64,000 nucleotides of DNA from an uncultured Candidatus Saccharibacteria bacterium (GTDB taxonomy: Bacteria; Patescibacteriota; Doudnabacteria; UBA920). Below the pieces are notes generated by a model. The model was not told where the DNA came from, did no database searches, and worked only from the letters and a program-made list of their open reading frames with translations. The translations under genes and the position numbers were made by a program. The stretch covers positions 820,152-884,151 of the forward strand of contig CAYYWQ010000001.1 in NCBI GenBank assembly GCA_964474825.1. The letters run 5' to 3'. Below, piece after piece: positions 1-10,503 of the stretch (the stretch's first letter is position 1; every line of letters starts with the position of its first letter).

Positions 1-3000
1 TTACATTAATAGATGCGTAAAGACCTGTTATTTCAGCGGGGGTTAGGGCGCGGTTAAAAACGGCAATGTCATCGAGGTTTCCGACATAGTAGTTGCTTTC
101 AGGCCAGTCATCGGACGTATTGCCGAGGTAGAGAGGCTGGTCGGTCGCTTCCGGACCCGGTGGATTGTTTGTGCTTATGTCGAGTATGCCATCAACATAT
201 ACCTGAGTGTTGGCTGCCTGCCGCAAGAGCGCAATGGGATGCCACACCCCGTCGGCGACGCTGACCGTTCCGACATACCAGCTTGAACCGTCGTAGATTT
301 GCAAAGTCCCGGTATCTTCCACCCGCAAGGTAAAACCGCGGTAGGTCCCACTGTACCTCAAATTGCTCCAAAACGCATCGTTATTTTTGGTGGAAGTTTT
401 AATCCATCCTGCGATGGAATAAGGATAAGTCGGCATTATGAAGGTGCTAATACGGCCGCTGCCTCCAAAACCCCCCCCCTGACCGAATTTGCCGGGGACG
501 TAACTGACGTTTGCAGCTGCGCCATTGTGGTTGCCTTTACTGTCATTGCTATTACCTTCCATTTTGTAGTAGCTAATTAAGGCGGGGTCAGTGGCAAGAG
601 TACTGGAAGCTAACTCCTGGTTAACAGTTATCATAGATTTCGTGGCATCCGGAAACACCAAATACCCGTTGACAATATAATAAATTTCTTCCAGCGCTTC
701 CCTGGTTAAGCTTAAATTTTTATTGGCTTTAACATTAACGTAAATATTCTTAAGGGTATCCAGTTTGTCGGTTTTGCTAATTGTTGTGGTTGTGGAAACT
801 GCTGATGTCCCAAAACTCGCGGGATCTGTTAAATACTGAAAAATGTCATCGCGTTTAGTAATCCCCACGCCTAATAATTCAGCCGCACTTTCTTTGGAGA
901 CGTTCATTTTTTGGGGCAAGGGTAAATCAGCCGCGCTTAAATCCCTAACACTGCTTACTCCCGGAACCACGGATAAGTTTACCAAACTGCCGCGGTCAAA
1001 GACTGCAGAGGTTAGAGTAGAATTGTACTCATTGGCGTCTTGCGGCAGTCTAAGCTTACCCTGCCAGACCATATAAAGTTCTTCCAGGGCCTCGCGGGTC
1101 AGCTTGGTTTCATTTGTTGTGCTGGCGGTTGTCCTAATGCTGTCCCAAACCGCGGCCAAGGTTTGGTCTTTTTGCAATTTTTCGTTTTGGTCAAACAGCT
1201 GGTTTAAGCTGCTAGTAGAGGTTAAATTCGTACCTTTAATTTCATTGTAAGTTTCCTGGGATATTATAGTATTGCCGCCGGGGTTATAATTACGGTCTAT
1301 TCTGGACAAAACTTTAAGCACATTATTTTCCACATCACTGTCTTTGGGATTTATTACCAAAGGCGTATAAACATTCCTTTTAATTTGATCCGCGTCTTTG
1401 GAATAAGTGACAGCCATGGTAAAGCTGTTTATATTGTTAACAAAAGTGTCGTCACCGCCTGTTGCGATTCTTAAACCAAAGTTAGCCATTGCCCCGGAGG
1501 CGAAGGCTTTTACTATTTTGGTTATATCCAGAGTATTAGGCCTGCTTACGTCAATAGTCAAAGCCGGACTTCGCAAGGAAGAGTCAGTATTGTTATCAAA
1601 AAAATAGCTGCCTAAAGCCGGAGCTGCGTTGCTCATTAAAGGCACAAAATAAACGCTGGGTGGATTATAGGGCCGGGCTACTTGAACCCCTCCGGTGTAA
1701 TTTGTATTACCATTAGAAAAACTCAAATCAACCGTAGTTGTGGCAATTTCGTCTTTACGATTAACTAATTCTGCCGGCAACAAAAAATCAAACTCGCAAA
1801 GATGATAATTCGAACTACCTTGATAATAAGTTCCTATCTGGCAAGCACCATTAGTATAAGACGGAAAATTAAATCCGTAATTTACATAAACTTGGCCGTA
1901 ACTTCTTGGATTGGTATTTTGAATAGAATAAATTTTTTGTTCATTAATTTTATATTCATCCAATTTGTTGGGCACGGTTAAATTACCCAGCATGGCATCA
2001 AATATTTCATCGAGGGCATAGGAAGTAAGCTCTTTGTCCTTGTCGTATTTAACTATAGCGTAAAGATATTTAACAAAGGCCTGTTTGCGGCAATCATACT
2101 TGGCATGGTCATTGGCCTCTTGGTCGCAAGCGCCATAGGGGGCAAATGAGTTGTCTATAAGACGGTCATAAATTACCAAACTGGAATAAGTAATACCCAA
2201 ATCCTCAATTTCCTTTAAGGTTTCCTGGGAAATTAATTTAGATTTGGCAAACAAAGAAGGGATACTCTTTTCCTGATAAAGATAGCCATATAAGGCCTTG
2301 TTGGTCCGGTCAATGACTTCGGTTTTTATAGCACTATCAGTTACACTGGGAATAATTTTTGAAGCGTCGTTAACCAAATCTTGGCCAATTAAATATGAGC
2401 CATTTGCCAGTTTGCCGTATGGAATTTTATTTATCGGCAACAGCAATTTGTCTTTAACAACCATGTCCATTTCTGCCAAGGCTTTGGCCGAGAGTAAAAT
2501 ATTATATTTGCTGAAAAGAAATCCGGAAACAAACTTCACGATTTCTTTTTTGGCGCAGTCTTGGTCTGCCGACTGGGAGCATTTTTCCGCAATATACGGG
2601 CTTTGGGCGGCTATTTCAAACAGCGCGTCCGCTTTATTTTTGGAGTTGAGTTTGTTTAAAGCCAGCTCGTCGTAGCCGCTTTCGGACATATAAACCGTCG
2701 GCGCGGGATTGCCGGCTTGGGTTGGCACTCCGTTTATTACCGCTTGGTAATATACGTTGACATTGTCCGGAACAACCGCTTTTACGTTAGAATTGTTAAA
2801 AGGAACGTATGTGCCGTCAAAAATATTTTGTAAGTAAACGCTCAAATCTACAGGCAAACTAACTTTACCCTTAAATACAAACCAAATTTCCTGCAGCGCC
2901 CCAAAAGAAAGATCAAGGCTTTTTTCTTTTAGGGTTTTAGCATAAAAAGCTTTGAGAGTTGTTTCCCTAACACAGGCGTCTTTGTCTGTTGATATAATTT

Positions 3001-6000
3001 TTTTACAGGTATTTGCTACAAAATCGGAAGTATAGACCGGCGTAAGCAAATTGTTAATAAACGCCGAGCTGACGCCTCCGTTTTGCGGGTTTAATTTGGC
3101 AAGCTCGGTAAAAGCCCCCTTAGACATAAAGTACTTCCCGGTTGGCGAAGAGGTGGCGTTTAACTGGTCGTTAAAAAAGATAGCATCGTCAAATTTAACT
3201 TTATTCTTGTCGGCAACAAATCCCGGATTCTTTGCCCTGACTACCTCCTTAATCCTTTCCCCGGAAACATCGTAAGTAAAGTTGGAAATACCGCCCGAAG
3301 AGTCAACAGTTTTTAGCGTATTCTTTTTTGTCCAAGTGTATAAATTATTTCCGTCGTCTAAAACATTACCGTTTAAATCATACGACATCCTTGTGGTGCC
3401 AATTAAGGACGCGGCGTGGGGGTTGCGGTAGTCCGTACCGTCATAATAATAGCTAACATCGTTTGCCGACAATAAATTGCCAACTGGGCTATAGGTAAAC
3501 TGACCGGAGACAGACTGGCCGTTTTCTACTCTAGTGGTGTTAGTCAAGCGCTGGAGTTCATCATAAACAAATTTATTCGCAATACTGCCGCCGTCGCCCG
3601 AATATTTTTCCGTGGTGCTGGTAATTAAACCGGCCAGGTTGTAATTTAGATTTTGGCTATAAAGCAGGCTGGGCGCGGTTGTACTGGCCGAAGAACAGGC
3701 GTCTGTCCCCTTGAAAACGTAAATATCGGAAAGCCTGGGCGCGGTATTTCCGCCGTTTGTGCTCGAATAGTTATAACAAGACTTAGTAATGTTGCCGTAA
3801 GTTAACTCTTTTTGCGTCCCGTCTATATTGTATCTGGCATTATTCACTACGTCAGTAGTTACTGTCTGGCCATTGACGCTTCGCTGCACTTTTACGCTCT
3901 TTTGTTTGCCGTTTGGGTCATAGGTATAAAGCAATTTACTGCCGTCCGGCAAAATTACTCCGGCTATTTGCCCCAGCGCGTTATAAACATAGTAATGGGC
4001 AAAGCTTTGATCGTCTATATATTTGGTTTCGCTCTGGATTTGCCCGCTTTTTGTGTAAGTTATGTTTTGCGTGTAGTCGGAATTACTAACACTGCAAAGC
4101 GCGCCAATGCCGTTTTGGCAATTATCGTAAGTATAGGCCGTGGTTAAATCCCCGTTGCTCTCGCTTAACGGGCGATACAATGAGTCGTAAACATAGGTAA
4201 ACTTATTTTGCTCGGGGTCAGTTTTGCTGGTTAAATTGCCTACTGGATCGTAGGTATATTTATAGACGCCGAAAGTATTGTCGCCTTTTTTGTGCAAATC
4301 TTCCTGGCTTATTAGCCGGCCTTCGCCGTCATAGGTAAAGTTGCGCGCATTGCCTTCGGCGTCTTCTAAATAAACCAAATTGCCCAAAATATTCCATTTG
4401 TAGGCAGTGACATTATTAACAGCCCCATTTTCTTCAGTTACGGATGTTACTTTGTTAAAACTATTGTATTTGTAAATTTTGGTGTGCTTGTCGCCGGTGT
4501 TATCGTAAACTTTTTTGCCGTTTACGTAATAATCCGTGTAAGTCTCGCTGTCGCCCTGTTTGGTTTTAACAAGCCTGCCAATGTTGTCATAAGTGAATTT
4601 GGTGTCCAATGCCGAATTGTACCCGGCCAATACGCCATTTCTGTCATAAGGATAAGTTAAGCTTTCCACCTGGCCTAAATTGTTATAGCGTGTAACGGCG
4701 GTTTTATTGCTATTCTCAGTGTCCGTTTCGCTGGCTTGGATGTTTCGCCCAAAACTATCAAATTTATTTTCCACTGTTTTATAAACACTACCATCTGAAT
4801 AAATACTGTCGGTTTGCACCATTCCCAAACCATAAGCGATATTGGAAGTGGAAACCAATTCCAAGTTGCCGGTCTTGGGGCTGGTGGCTGAAACTTTTAT
4901 TCTGTTGCCAAAACCGTCATAGGCGTTTTCGGTGATGCTGCCGTTAGGGTTAACGCTGGAAACCCGCAAGCCCCAAGCTTTGTCGTATTTTACATTGGTT
5001 ATCTGGCCTAACGCGTTTATGGATTGGACCGGGTTGTTATAATTGTCGTAATAAGTCGTGGTGGTATTGCCGTTGTCGTCGGTAACTTTTTCCGGCAGGC
5101 CTTTGGAATTATAGGCATAAGTGATTTTGGTATATTGGGTAGGGCTGGAATAGTTACGGGCTTCGGTTAACAGCCCTTTTTCCAAATAGCCAAAAGGCAG
5201 GTTATCGTAAAAATTAACCTTTTTGTCTATAAATTTGCCGTTTATGTCGGATTTTTCCTCGGATAAAAACTTTTGCGGGCGGTTGGTGGTGGAAATTAGA
5301 ATTGACGTGACCAAGTCGTCGCCAAGGTCGGTAATTGTGTCACTGGAAATATCATAGTTAACCTCGCCGTAATTAACAATGTGCTTTGGCAGCCTGGAAG
5401 CCAAATCGTAATCGTAGGTTTCGGCTTTTATTTGCTTGCCGTCGCTTGTGTCATACTGGGTGGTGATGGCTTCTTTAGGATAATTAAAAATTTGTCCCGC
5501 GGATTGATAAACGCCAAACGTACGGTAAGTTTCGGAATAAAGGGTGGGGCCGCCAAATAGTTGATCCTTAAACTCTTTGCCAATTAAGTTAATGGAATCG
5601 CCTCGTTCATTTAGTAACGAATTGTCGCCGTCGCCCTGATGGAAATATTTAACCGTTTTTTGACTGCCCTTTTGGACACTAACTTTACCAAACCCGGCGA
5701 ACCTGCGGTCGCGGATGTTATTAACGTCATAATACATTTTCCCCTGCTCAAAGGTATATTGCGTGGTTTCTACTAAATTGTTTACACCTTCGGTTTCCTT
5801 AACCTGGTCAACAGCCAAAATGTTTATAGGCAAATTAGGGTTAAGTAAAACCGCGGAATTTTCCATACTGGCAGTGCCTTTGTAGGCAACATCTATTTTA
5901 CTGCCCAAACTTCCGGTAACGTTAGTTAAAATGTCTGTTTTTTTAGGGTTAGTATTCTCTTGCAAAAAGCTCGTGGTGACTTTTGGATTACCTGCGTAAG

Positions 6001-7861
6001 TGTTCCAATTATTTGTCTCGTAATATATTGTTGTGCCGCCTTTTAAGTCTGGGTTATCTTTTTTTACAAAAGCTTTGCCATTATTTATATAAAGCTCTGT
6101 AAAAGTGCCTTGCGGAATAGCCGGTTTATCTAGCCAATAAGGCGATTGGTTAGTTTTATAAGACCTGATAATATCCGGCAAGCCGTCTAAATTTACGTCT
6201 ACAAACTGAACGCCCAGGTCTGTATCCACCCCCGAACCATTTGTTGGTTGATAATGAAAGGTTAAAGCGGTCGGAATTTTCATCCCCATTTCCGGACTGC
6301 CGTTCCAACCATGTCCGTTATTTAAGTACACGTACTTGCTGTTTAAGGAAGGGTTCGTACTGCTGGCAAAATCCCCTATCTTATCTATTAAACCGTCACC
6401 ATTAAAGTCGCCTTTTAGGGAATCCAGATCAGAATTGGCAAAATCTTGCGTTTGCTCAAAACCATTACCCTTATTTAAAAATGCGCCTGATTGTTCCGCA
6501 CCGTTGGCTAATACGTCCTGCAATCCGTCACCGTTTAAATCAACGGCCACCGCGGTTTTATTGTACCACCAGGAGTTTAGATTATTCGGGGAAGAATAAG
6601 ATATGGGAAAATTATATGTGCTTATAGGATAATTTACTAATGAACCCTTAACGTTCTTTTTATAAATATTGTCTGAAAAATTTTGAAAACCTTGATAATT
6701 TATATACCTGGAATTATTATACATATCCGGCAAATAGTCGCCATTGGCGTCAATAACCAAATAACTCCTGCTTCCGTCTATATAGGTATCCAAATTATCC
6801 GGCCGACCGTCCCCGTTGGTGTCTATGCTTATTGTGGAATTGTTGGACGGCGTAACCCAGTTTAAGCTTGCCGAAAAATCCAAGCCTTGGGTGTAACTAA
6901 AGGTGGTGGCCGGAAGCGATGTCCAGGACCCATCTGTCCCAAGCCGGGATTCGGTTATAGAAGAAAGCAAACTGCGACTGCCGTTTTGGCCGGTGATGTA
7001 CGCCAAGTCCAACTGGGCTTCCAAAACGCCGTCCGTATAAGCTTTAACCGATTTTAGGCGGTCAGTCATTACGGTTAAAAACCCGTTTCTGTAGCCGGCC
7101 TCCTCGTCTGGCCGCCCTTCTCTTTCAAACACCACGCGGTTTGAAAAGTTCCCCTGTTTGTCAAAGGTATAATCTATCTCCTTAGGATAAACAAAATTGT
7201 TTTTCTTTTCGTAAAAATATTTAATTTGGTTTCCGAATACGTCTTTTACTGAATTTAAATAATATTTGGAAATTTTAGTCCCACTGTCGTCCGACAGCCG
7301 GGAGTCCAAGGCCTGGCCAAAAGTGTAACTGTTGCCCGAACGGTCGGCCAGGGTCCAAATATTATTAGTAAAAGTGTAAAGTTGGTAGGAGCCGTCATCA
7401 AACTTTTGCAAATAATTATTCGTTGTTCCGGCTTTTAAGACAAGTTCGCCGCCCAGGCTGGAAACAAAAGCGTTATTGTCCGTAAACATTTTGTCTACCC
7501 CGCTTTTGGACGTGCGTTCAATATAAGGTATAGGCAAAGCCATTCCGTATCCAACAATGCTGTTTTCAGGATTTTGGGAATTATAGTTTATGGAAACAGA
7601 CGGCCCCAAACCAAACTTGCCTTTAGGCACGACAAGCGGATAAGAATAAGTAAACGCGCCGTTTGATGCATCCACACCGCTGCTGCCAATTGTCTTTAAC
7701 CGGTTGGCTTTGGTGCCAACCGTATTTAAAGCATTGGAAGTATCGCTATCCTGGATGGCTTGCGGAGCAGCCAAAGCTATCAACGGCGCCAAAGATTGTA
7801 AAGTAAACAAAAAAGCCAAAAAATAGCTTGTTAGTCGAATTTTTTTACGATTACTGGGCAT
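1..7861 (-). CDS. Giant RHS/YD-repeat protein (signal peptide, SpvB/TcdB-like N-terminal domain, multiple YD repeats, LamG-like domain near window start); ORF continues beyond window start
   Basis: ATG at 7859-7861 (minus). No minus-strand stop-bounded ORFs are listed in 1..7860, and plus-strand ORFs there are short. Hand translation of the N-terminus gives MPSNRKKIRLTSYFLAFLFTLQSLAPLIALAAP ... FTYSYPLVVPKGKFGLGPSVSINYNSQNPENSIVGYGMALPIP (SpvB-like). YD repeats include KFTYDNIGRLVKTKQGDSETYTDYYVNGKKVYDN (about 4500-4600) and YTYDPVGNLTSKTDPEQNKFTYVYDSLYRPL (about 4150-4300). Near 1-300 the translation gives LYLGNTSDDWPESNYYVGNLDDIAVFNRALTPAEI (LamG-like). Confidence 0.6.
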   Translation of the reverse strand, partial: MPSNRKKIRLTSYFLAFLFTLQSLAPLIALAAPQAIQDSDTSNALNTVGTKANRLKTIGSSGVDASNGAFTYSYPLVVPKGKFGLGPSVSINYNSQNPENSIVGYGMALPIPYIERTSKSGVDKMFTDNNAFVSSLGGELVLKAGTTNNYLQKFDDGSYQLYTFTNNIWTLADRSGNSYTFGQALDSRLSDDSGTKISKYYLNSVKDVFGNQIKYFYEKKNNFVYPKEIDYTFDKQGNFSNRVVFEREGRPDEEAGYRNGFLTVMTDRLKSVKAYTDGVLEAQLDLAYITGQNGSRSLLSSITESRLGTDGSWTSLPATTFSYTQGLDFSASLNWVTPSNNSTISIDTNGDGRPDNLDTYIDGSRSYLVIDANGDYLPDMYNNSRYINYQGFQNFSDNIYKKNVKGSLVNYPISTYNFPISYSSPNNLNSWWYNKTAVAVDLNGDGLQDVLANGAEQSGAFLNKGNGFEQTQDFANSDLDSLKGDFNGDGLIDKIGDFASSTNPSLNSKYVYLNNGHGWNGSPEMGMKIPTALTFHYQPTNGSGVDTDLGVQFVDVNLDGLPDIIRSYKTNQSPYWLDKPAIPQGTFTELYINNGKAFVKKDNPDLKGGTTIYYETNNWNTYAGNPKVTTSFLQENTNPKKTDILTNVTGSLGSKIDVAYKGTASMENSAVLLNPNLPINILAVDQVKETEGVNNLVETTQYTFEQGKMYYDVNNIRDRRFAGFGKVSVQKGSQKTVKYFHQGDGDNSLLNERGDSINLIGKEFKDQLFGGPTLYSETYRTFGVYQSAGQIFNYPKEAITTQYDTSDGKQIKAETYDYDLASRLPKHIVNYGEVNYDISSDTITDLGDDLVTSILISTTNRPQKFLSEEKSDINGKFIDKKVNFYDNLPFGYLEKGLLTEARNYSSPTQYTKITYAYNSKGLPEKVTDDNGNTTTTYYDNYNNPVQSINALGQITNVKYDKAWGLRVSSVNPNGSITENAYDGFGNRIKVSATSPKTGNLELVSTSNIAYGLGMVQTDSIYSDGSVYKTVENKFDSFGRNIQASETDTENSNKTAVTRYNNLGQVESLTYPYDRNGVLAGYNSALDTKFTYDNIGRLVKTKQGDSETYTDYYVNGKKVYDNTGDKHTKIYKYNSFNKVTSVTEENGAVNNVTAYKWNILGNLVYLEDAEGNARNFTYDGEGRLISQEDLHKKGDNTFGVYKYTYDPVGNLTSKTDPEQNKFTYVYDSLYRPLSESNGDLTTAYTYDNCQNGIGALCSVSNSDYTQNITYTKSGQIQSETKYIDDQSFAHYYVYNALGQIAGVILPDGSKLLYTYDPNGKQKSVKVQRSVNGQTVTTDVVNNARYNIDGTQKELTYGNITKSCYNYSSTNGGNTAPRLSDIYVFKGTDACSSASTTAPSLLYSQNLNYNLAGLITSTTEKYSGDGGSIANKFVYDELQRLTNTTRVENGQSVSGQFTYSPVGNLLSANDVSYYYDGTDYRNPHAASLIGTTRMSYDLNGNVLDDGNNLYTWTKKNTLKTVDSSGGISNFTYDVSGERIKEVVRAKNPGFVADKNKVKFDDAIFFNDQLNATSSPTGKYFMSKGAFTELAKLNPQNGGVSSAFINNLLTPVYTSDFVANTCKKIISTDKDACVRETTLKAFYAKTLKEKSLDLSFGALQEIWFVFKGKVSLPVDLSVYLQNIFDGTYVPFNNSNVKAVVPDNVNVYYQAVINGVPTQAGNPAPTVYMSESGYDELALNKLNSKNKADALFEIAAQSPYIAEKCSQSADQDCAKKEIVKFVSGFLFSKYNILLSAKALAEMDMVVKDKLLLPINKIPYGKLANGSYLIGQDLVNDASKIIPSVTDSAIKTEVIDRTNKALYGYLYQEKSIPSLFAKSKLISQETLKEIEDLGITYSSLVIYDRLIDNSFAPYGACDQEANDHAKYDCRKQAFVKYLYAIVKYDKDKELTSYALDEIFDAMLGNLTVPNKLDEYKINEQKIYSIQNTNPRSYGQVYVNYGFNFPSYTNGACQIGTYYQGSSNYHLCEFDFLLPAELVNRKDEIATTTVDLSFSNGNTNYTGGVQVARPYNPPSVYFVPLMSNAAPALGSYFFDNNTDSSLRSPALTIDVSRPNTLDITKIVKAFASGAMANFGLRIATGGDDTFVNNINSFTMAVTYSKDADQIKRNVYTPLVINPKDSDVENNVLKVLSRIDRNYNPGGNTIISQETYNEIKGTNLTSTSSLNQLFDQNEKLQKDQTLAAVWDSIRTTASTTNETKLTREALEELYMVWQGKLRLPQDANEYNSTLTSAVFDRGSLVNLSVVPGVSSVRDLSAADLPLPQKMNVSKESAAELLGVGITKRDDIFQYLTDPASFGTSAVSTTTTISKTDKLDTLKNIYVNVKANKNLSLTREALEEIYYIVNGYLVFPDATKSMITVNQELASSTLATDPALISYYKMEGNSNDSKGNHNGAAANVSYVPGKFGQGGGFGGSGRISTFIMPTYPYSIAGWIKTSTKNNDAFWSNLRYSGTYRGFTLRVEDTGTLQIYDGSSWYVGTVSVADGVWHPIALLRQAANTQVYVDGILDISTNNPPGPEATDQPLYLGNTSDDWPESNYYVGNLDDIAVFNRALTPAEITGLYASINV

Positions 7862-7894
7862 ACTGGTTTAAATAGGAATAACTTAGATATTTCC

Positions 7895-7923
7895 AAATTA
7901 CGCTTAAATAACGGGCTTGTCAA
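7895..7923 (-). promoter_or_regulatory. Candidate sigma70-like promoter for the RHS gene (TTGACA-17-TAATTT on minus strand)
   Basis: The reverse complement of 7918-7923 is TTGACA and of 7895-7900 is TAATTT, with a 17-nt spacer, about 35 nt upstream of the ATG. Confidence 0.25.
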
Positions 7924-8094
7924 ATGAGCTTTAAACAAATAATGACTTAAATTTAAGCCATTATAAATTGTTGTCAATAGCTAACTATGTTGGTGTCAAT
8001 GTTTGGCCTTATGCTTATTCGCTTTTTTGATAATATGTTGGAATGGCATAACAGTAAAAATTCCAATTTTTAAAATAAAGGCTACCCGCAGCAG

Positions 8095-8118
8095 AGCCTG
8101 CCTGCCGGCAGGCAGGCT
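8095..8118. repeat. 24-bp perfect GC-rich palindrome AGCCTGCCTGCCGGCAGGCAGGCT in the RHS upstream region
   Basis: Seen directly. It is self-complementary over 24 nt and sits in an otherwise AT-rich intergenic region. Confidence 0.6.
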
Positions 8119-8179
8119 GACGGAAGCTCCCTGTCTACCGCAAGCAGCCGGACTCGCTCTACGTCGCTAATAATTTCTG

Positions 8180-8215
8180 TCAAAAAAGCTCCGGAAGAGA
8201 CTCAGCCGGAGCTTT
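8180..8215 (-). terminator. Intrinsic terminator downstream of the 8254..10503 gene
   Basis: Hairpin AAGCTCCGG-N11-CCGGAGCTT. On the minus strand it is followed by a T-run (plus-strand A-run 8181-8187). Confidence 0.5.
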
Positions 8216-8253
8216 AAAAAACTATTATAGCGGTGTGGGCCTTAAAAACTAAA

Positions 8254-10503
8254 CTACTGCGCGGGTAAAGTTTTTAGGAAATCTTGCGCTTCCTGTATGT
8301 TAGGCGCGTTGGTGTCTATTAATTTTTGGGCGGTTTCCCGAGCTTTGTCTATTTGATTGTTTTGCGCATACGCTTTAGCCAAACTTAAAACCGCGCCGCT
8401 GTCTGCTGGCGAAAGTTTTACTCCCAACTCCCCCCAAAATACCACTTGGGCGTAATCTTTTTTCTGCAAGTAATAATTAGGGAGCCAGGAAATCATAACC
8501 ACATTTTGCGGCAAGAATTCCTTTGCGGCCAGTTCCCCGGCTAAAACCGCGGCTGGGTCGTCCTGCCCAGCTGAATGGTCGGCGTAAACTTCCAGCCAGC
8601 GTGCGGAAGCAGTGTAGGAAGTTAAAGGCAAAACGCTGTTGAGCCTTTTTATTTCTGCTTGGGCTTCAGGAAGGCGCTGCTGTGCAATATAAATTTGGAC
8701 CAGGAGCAGCTCTGGCTCCATACGGTTGGGCGCCAAAGCCATGGCCTTTTTAATGGAAATTTCAGCGGCCGGATCCAGCGCTGTCTGATTAACAACTGCC
8801 TGGAGGTAATAGTCGTTTGCTAATTTTTGCCAGGAAATTGGGTCATTACCCACGGCTTCCGCTACCTGTTTTTCAAAATTTGTTATTGTGCCAAGAATGT
8901 TTTTAGCAACGGACGGGTCCAATTTTTGCGATTGCGCCACGTGCGTAGATAAATCACTGTAACGCTGGGCCGTGTCCTGCAAATCAAAATTAAAAGAAGA
9001 ATTAATGGCAGACTGAAAATATTCCTGGGACTTTAGCTGGTCAATACTGGCGTACGCGTAACCATAATTAACATTCTTAGAAGCCCGGGCCGGCACTATA
9101 TTGGTAACATAGACGGCATAAATCGCAACCACGGCCGAAACTAAGGCTGCGGCAACCGCTAAGCCCGGCTGGTCCTGAATTTTATTTTTTCCTAAGTCCT
9201 GGCTAAAACCATTTGCCTCGTTCCACAAATAAACAGCAAAACCCACGAACACAAAAAACATCATGCTGGCAGGAATGGTGTCGAATACAAAGAGGTTTTG
9301 GACAACATAAGCCACAAAGCCGGCCAGTAGCAGGCACATTTGCAATAAGCTTAAAAACCCGGCCCTAAAGGCGCGGTAAAGCGCCCAAGCCACTAAAGCA
9401 ATTATGGCTAAATACGCTGCCGCTCCCAATACTCCGGTAGTAATTAAAACTTCCAAAATATAATTGTGGGGCTTGTCGAACCACGAAGCATCGTACTTTA
9501 CAATTTCGGGATTATAATACTTGTTGGCAATAAAATAATAATTTTCTGGCCCAACACCCAAAATAGGGTAATCTTTTGATCCCTTAAGTGCTGTACGCCA
9601 CTGAATAAAACGCGCATGTGTGTCGCCGCCCTGCAACTGGAACAGCTGGGTTAAGCGTCCCTGAGGCAAGTGGGGATGGAATAAATAAAGCGACCCAAAC
9701 AATAAAATAAAAAGCACTAAAATCCCATAACCCCACATTTTAAATATTCGGTTCGGATGCAATACAATAAATACAACCAAAGCAAAACCGATACCGGAAA
9801 TTAAACCAACTAAGGCTCCGCGTGTCACGCTCAGTAAAATACCTGCGAACAGCAGCGCCGTTAACAGCCATAACGTTATTTTTTTAGCCTGAGTGTCGTG
9901 GTCCTGAAGCGCAAAAAATGCAGAAAGGAACATGGGAAAGATTAAAAAGCTGCCCAAAAAAATAGGGTTTCCTAATGTGCTGGAAACACGGGAAGGCAGG
10001 GACGGGTCGGGCACAAAAGTTCCCCACCCAAGCCAGCCCGATACGCCGTTTAAGGTAATTAACGCGGCAATACCTAAAGCCACATATAAAATATACTTAA
10101 TATAAGAGCCACCAATTTGCGCCAATATAATAATATACATAGAAAGCAAAACCAAATGCGCAAGGTAATAAGCACCGCCCATGCGTTCAAAATTCCCCCA
10201 TAGGCTGCGCGTAACATTCACACCCGTAAAAGATGCTATAAAAGTTACCGCTAAAAACGCCAGCATGGCTAAAAGTAGCGGATTCTTCCAGGAAGGACGA
10301 TAATCCGGCCGCTTTATTAGTAAATACACATAAACCGGAAAAGCTAATTCAATAAAAGCCCTAAAAGCAAAAGCTTTGCTGGTAATAAAAGGAAATAGCA
10401 AATCCTTAAAAACCCACAGGGGACTAAGCAGGGATAAGGCAACAAAAATAAATAACAAGACCGCGGCTCCGGTTTCAGACGACTTTACTTGCTGTTTGGG
10501 CAT
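8254..10503 (-). CDS. Polytopic membrane protein, O-antigen ligase (Wzy_C)-like core with C-terminal TPR-like repeats
   Basis: 749-aa ORF with many TM helices and a C-terminal soluble helical-repeat region. The pattern resembles O-antigen ligase / TPR fusion proteins. Confidence 0.5.
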   Translation of the reverse strand: MPKQQVKSSETGAAVLLFIFVALSLLSPLWVFKDLLFPFITSKAFAFRAFIELAFPVYVYLLIKRPDYRPSWKNPLLLAMLAFLAVTFIASFTGVNVTRSLWGNFERMGGAYYLAHLVLLSMYIIILAQIGGSYIKYILYVALGIAALITLNGVSGWLGWGTFVPDPSLPSRVSSTLGNPIFLGSFLIFPMFLSAFFALQDHDTQAKKITLWLLTALLFAGILLSVTRGALVGLISGIGFALVVFIVLHPNRIFKMWGYGILVLFILLFGSLYLFHPHLPQGRLTQLFQLQGGDTHARFIQWRTALKGSKDYPILGVGPENYYFIANKYYNPEIVKYDASWFDKPHNYILEVLITTGVLGAAAYLAIIALVAWALYRAFRAGFLSLLQMCLLLAGFVAYVVQNLFVFDTIPASMMFFVFVGFAVYLWNEANGFSQDLGKNKIQDQPGLAVAAALVSAVVAIYAVYVTNIVPARASKNVNYGYAYASIDQLKSQEYFQSAINSSFNFDLQDTAQRYSDLSTHVAQSQKLDPSVAKNILGTITNFEKQVAEAVGNDPISWQKLANDYYLQAVVNQTALDPAAEISIKKAMALAPNRMEPELLLVQIYIAQQRLPEAQAEIKRLNSVLPLTSYTASARWLEVYADHSAGQDDPAAVLAGELAAKEFLPQNVVMISWLPNYYLQKKDYAQVVFWGELGVKLSPADSGAVLSLAKAYAQNNQIDKARETAQKLIDTNAPNIQEAQDFLKTLPAQ

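Noticed and set aside
299-6865. Plus-strand ORFs of 60-125 aa listed in the track within 1..7860
   Set aside because: They are antisense to the continuous minus-strand RHS reading frame. They have low-complexity translations and no SD sites, so they were treated as shadow ORFs.
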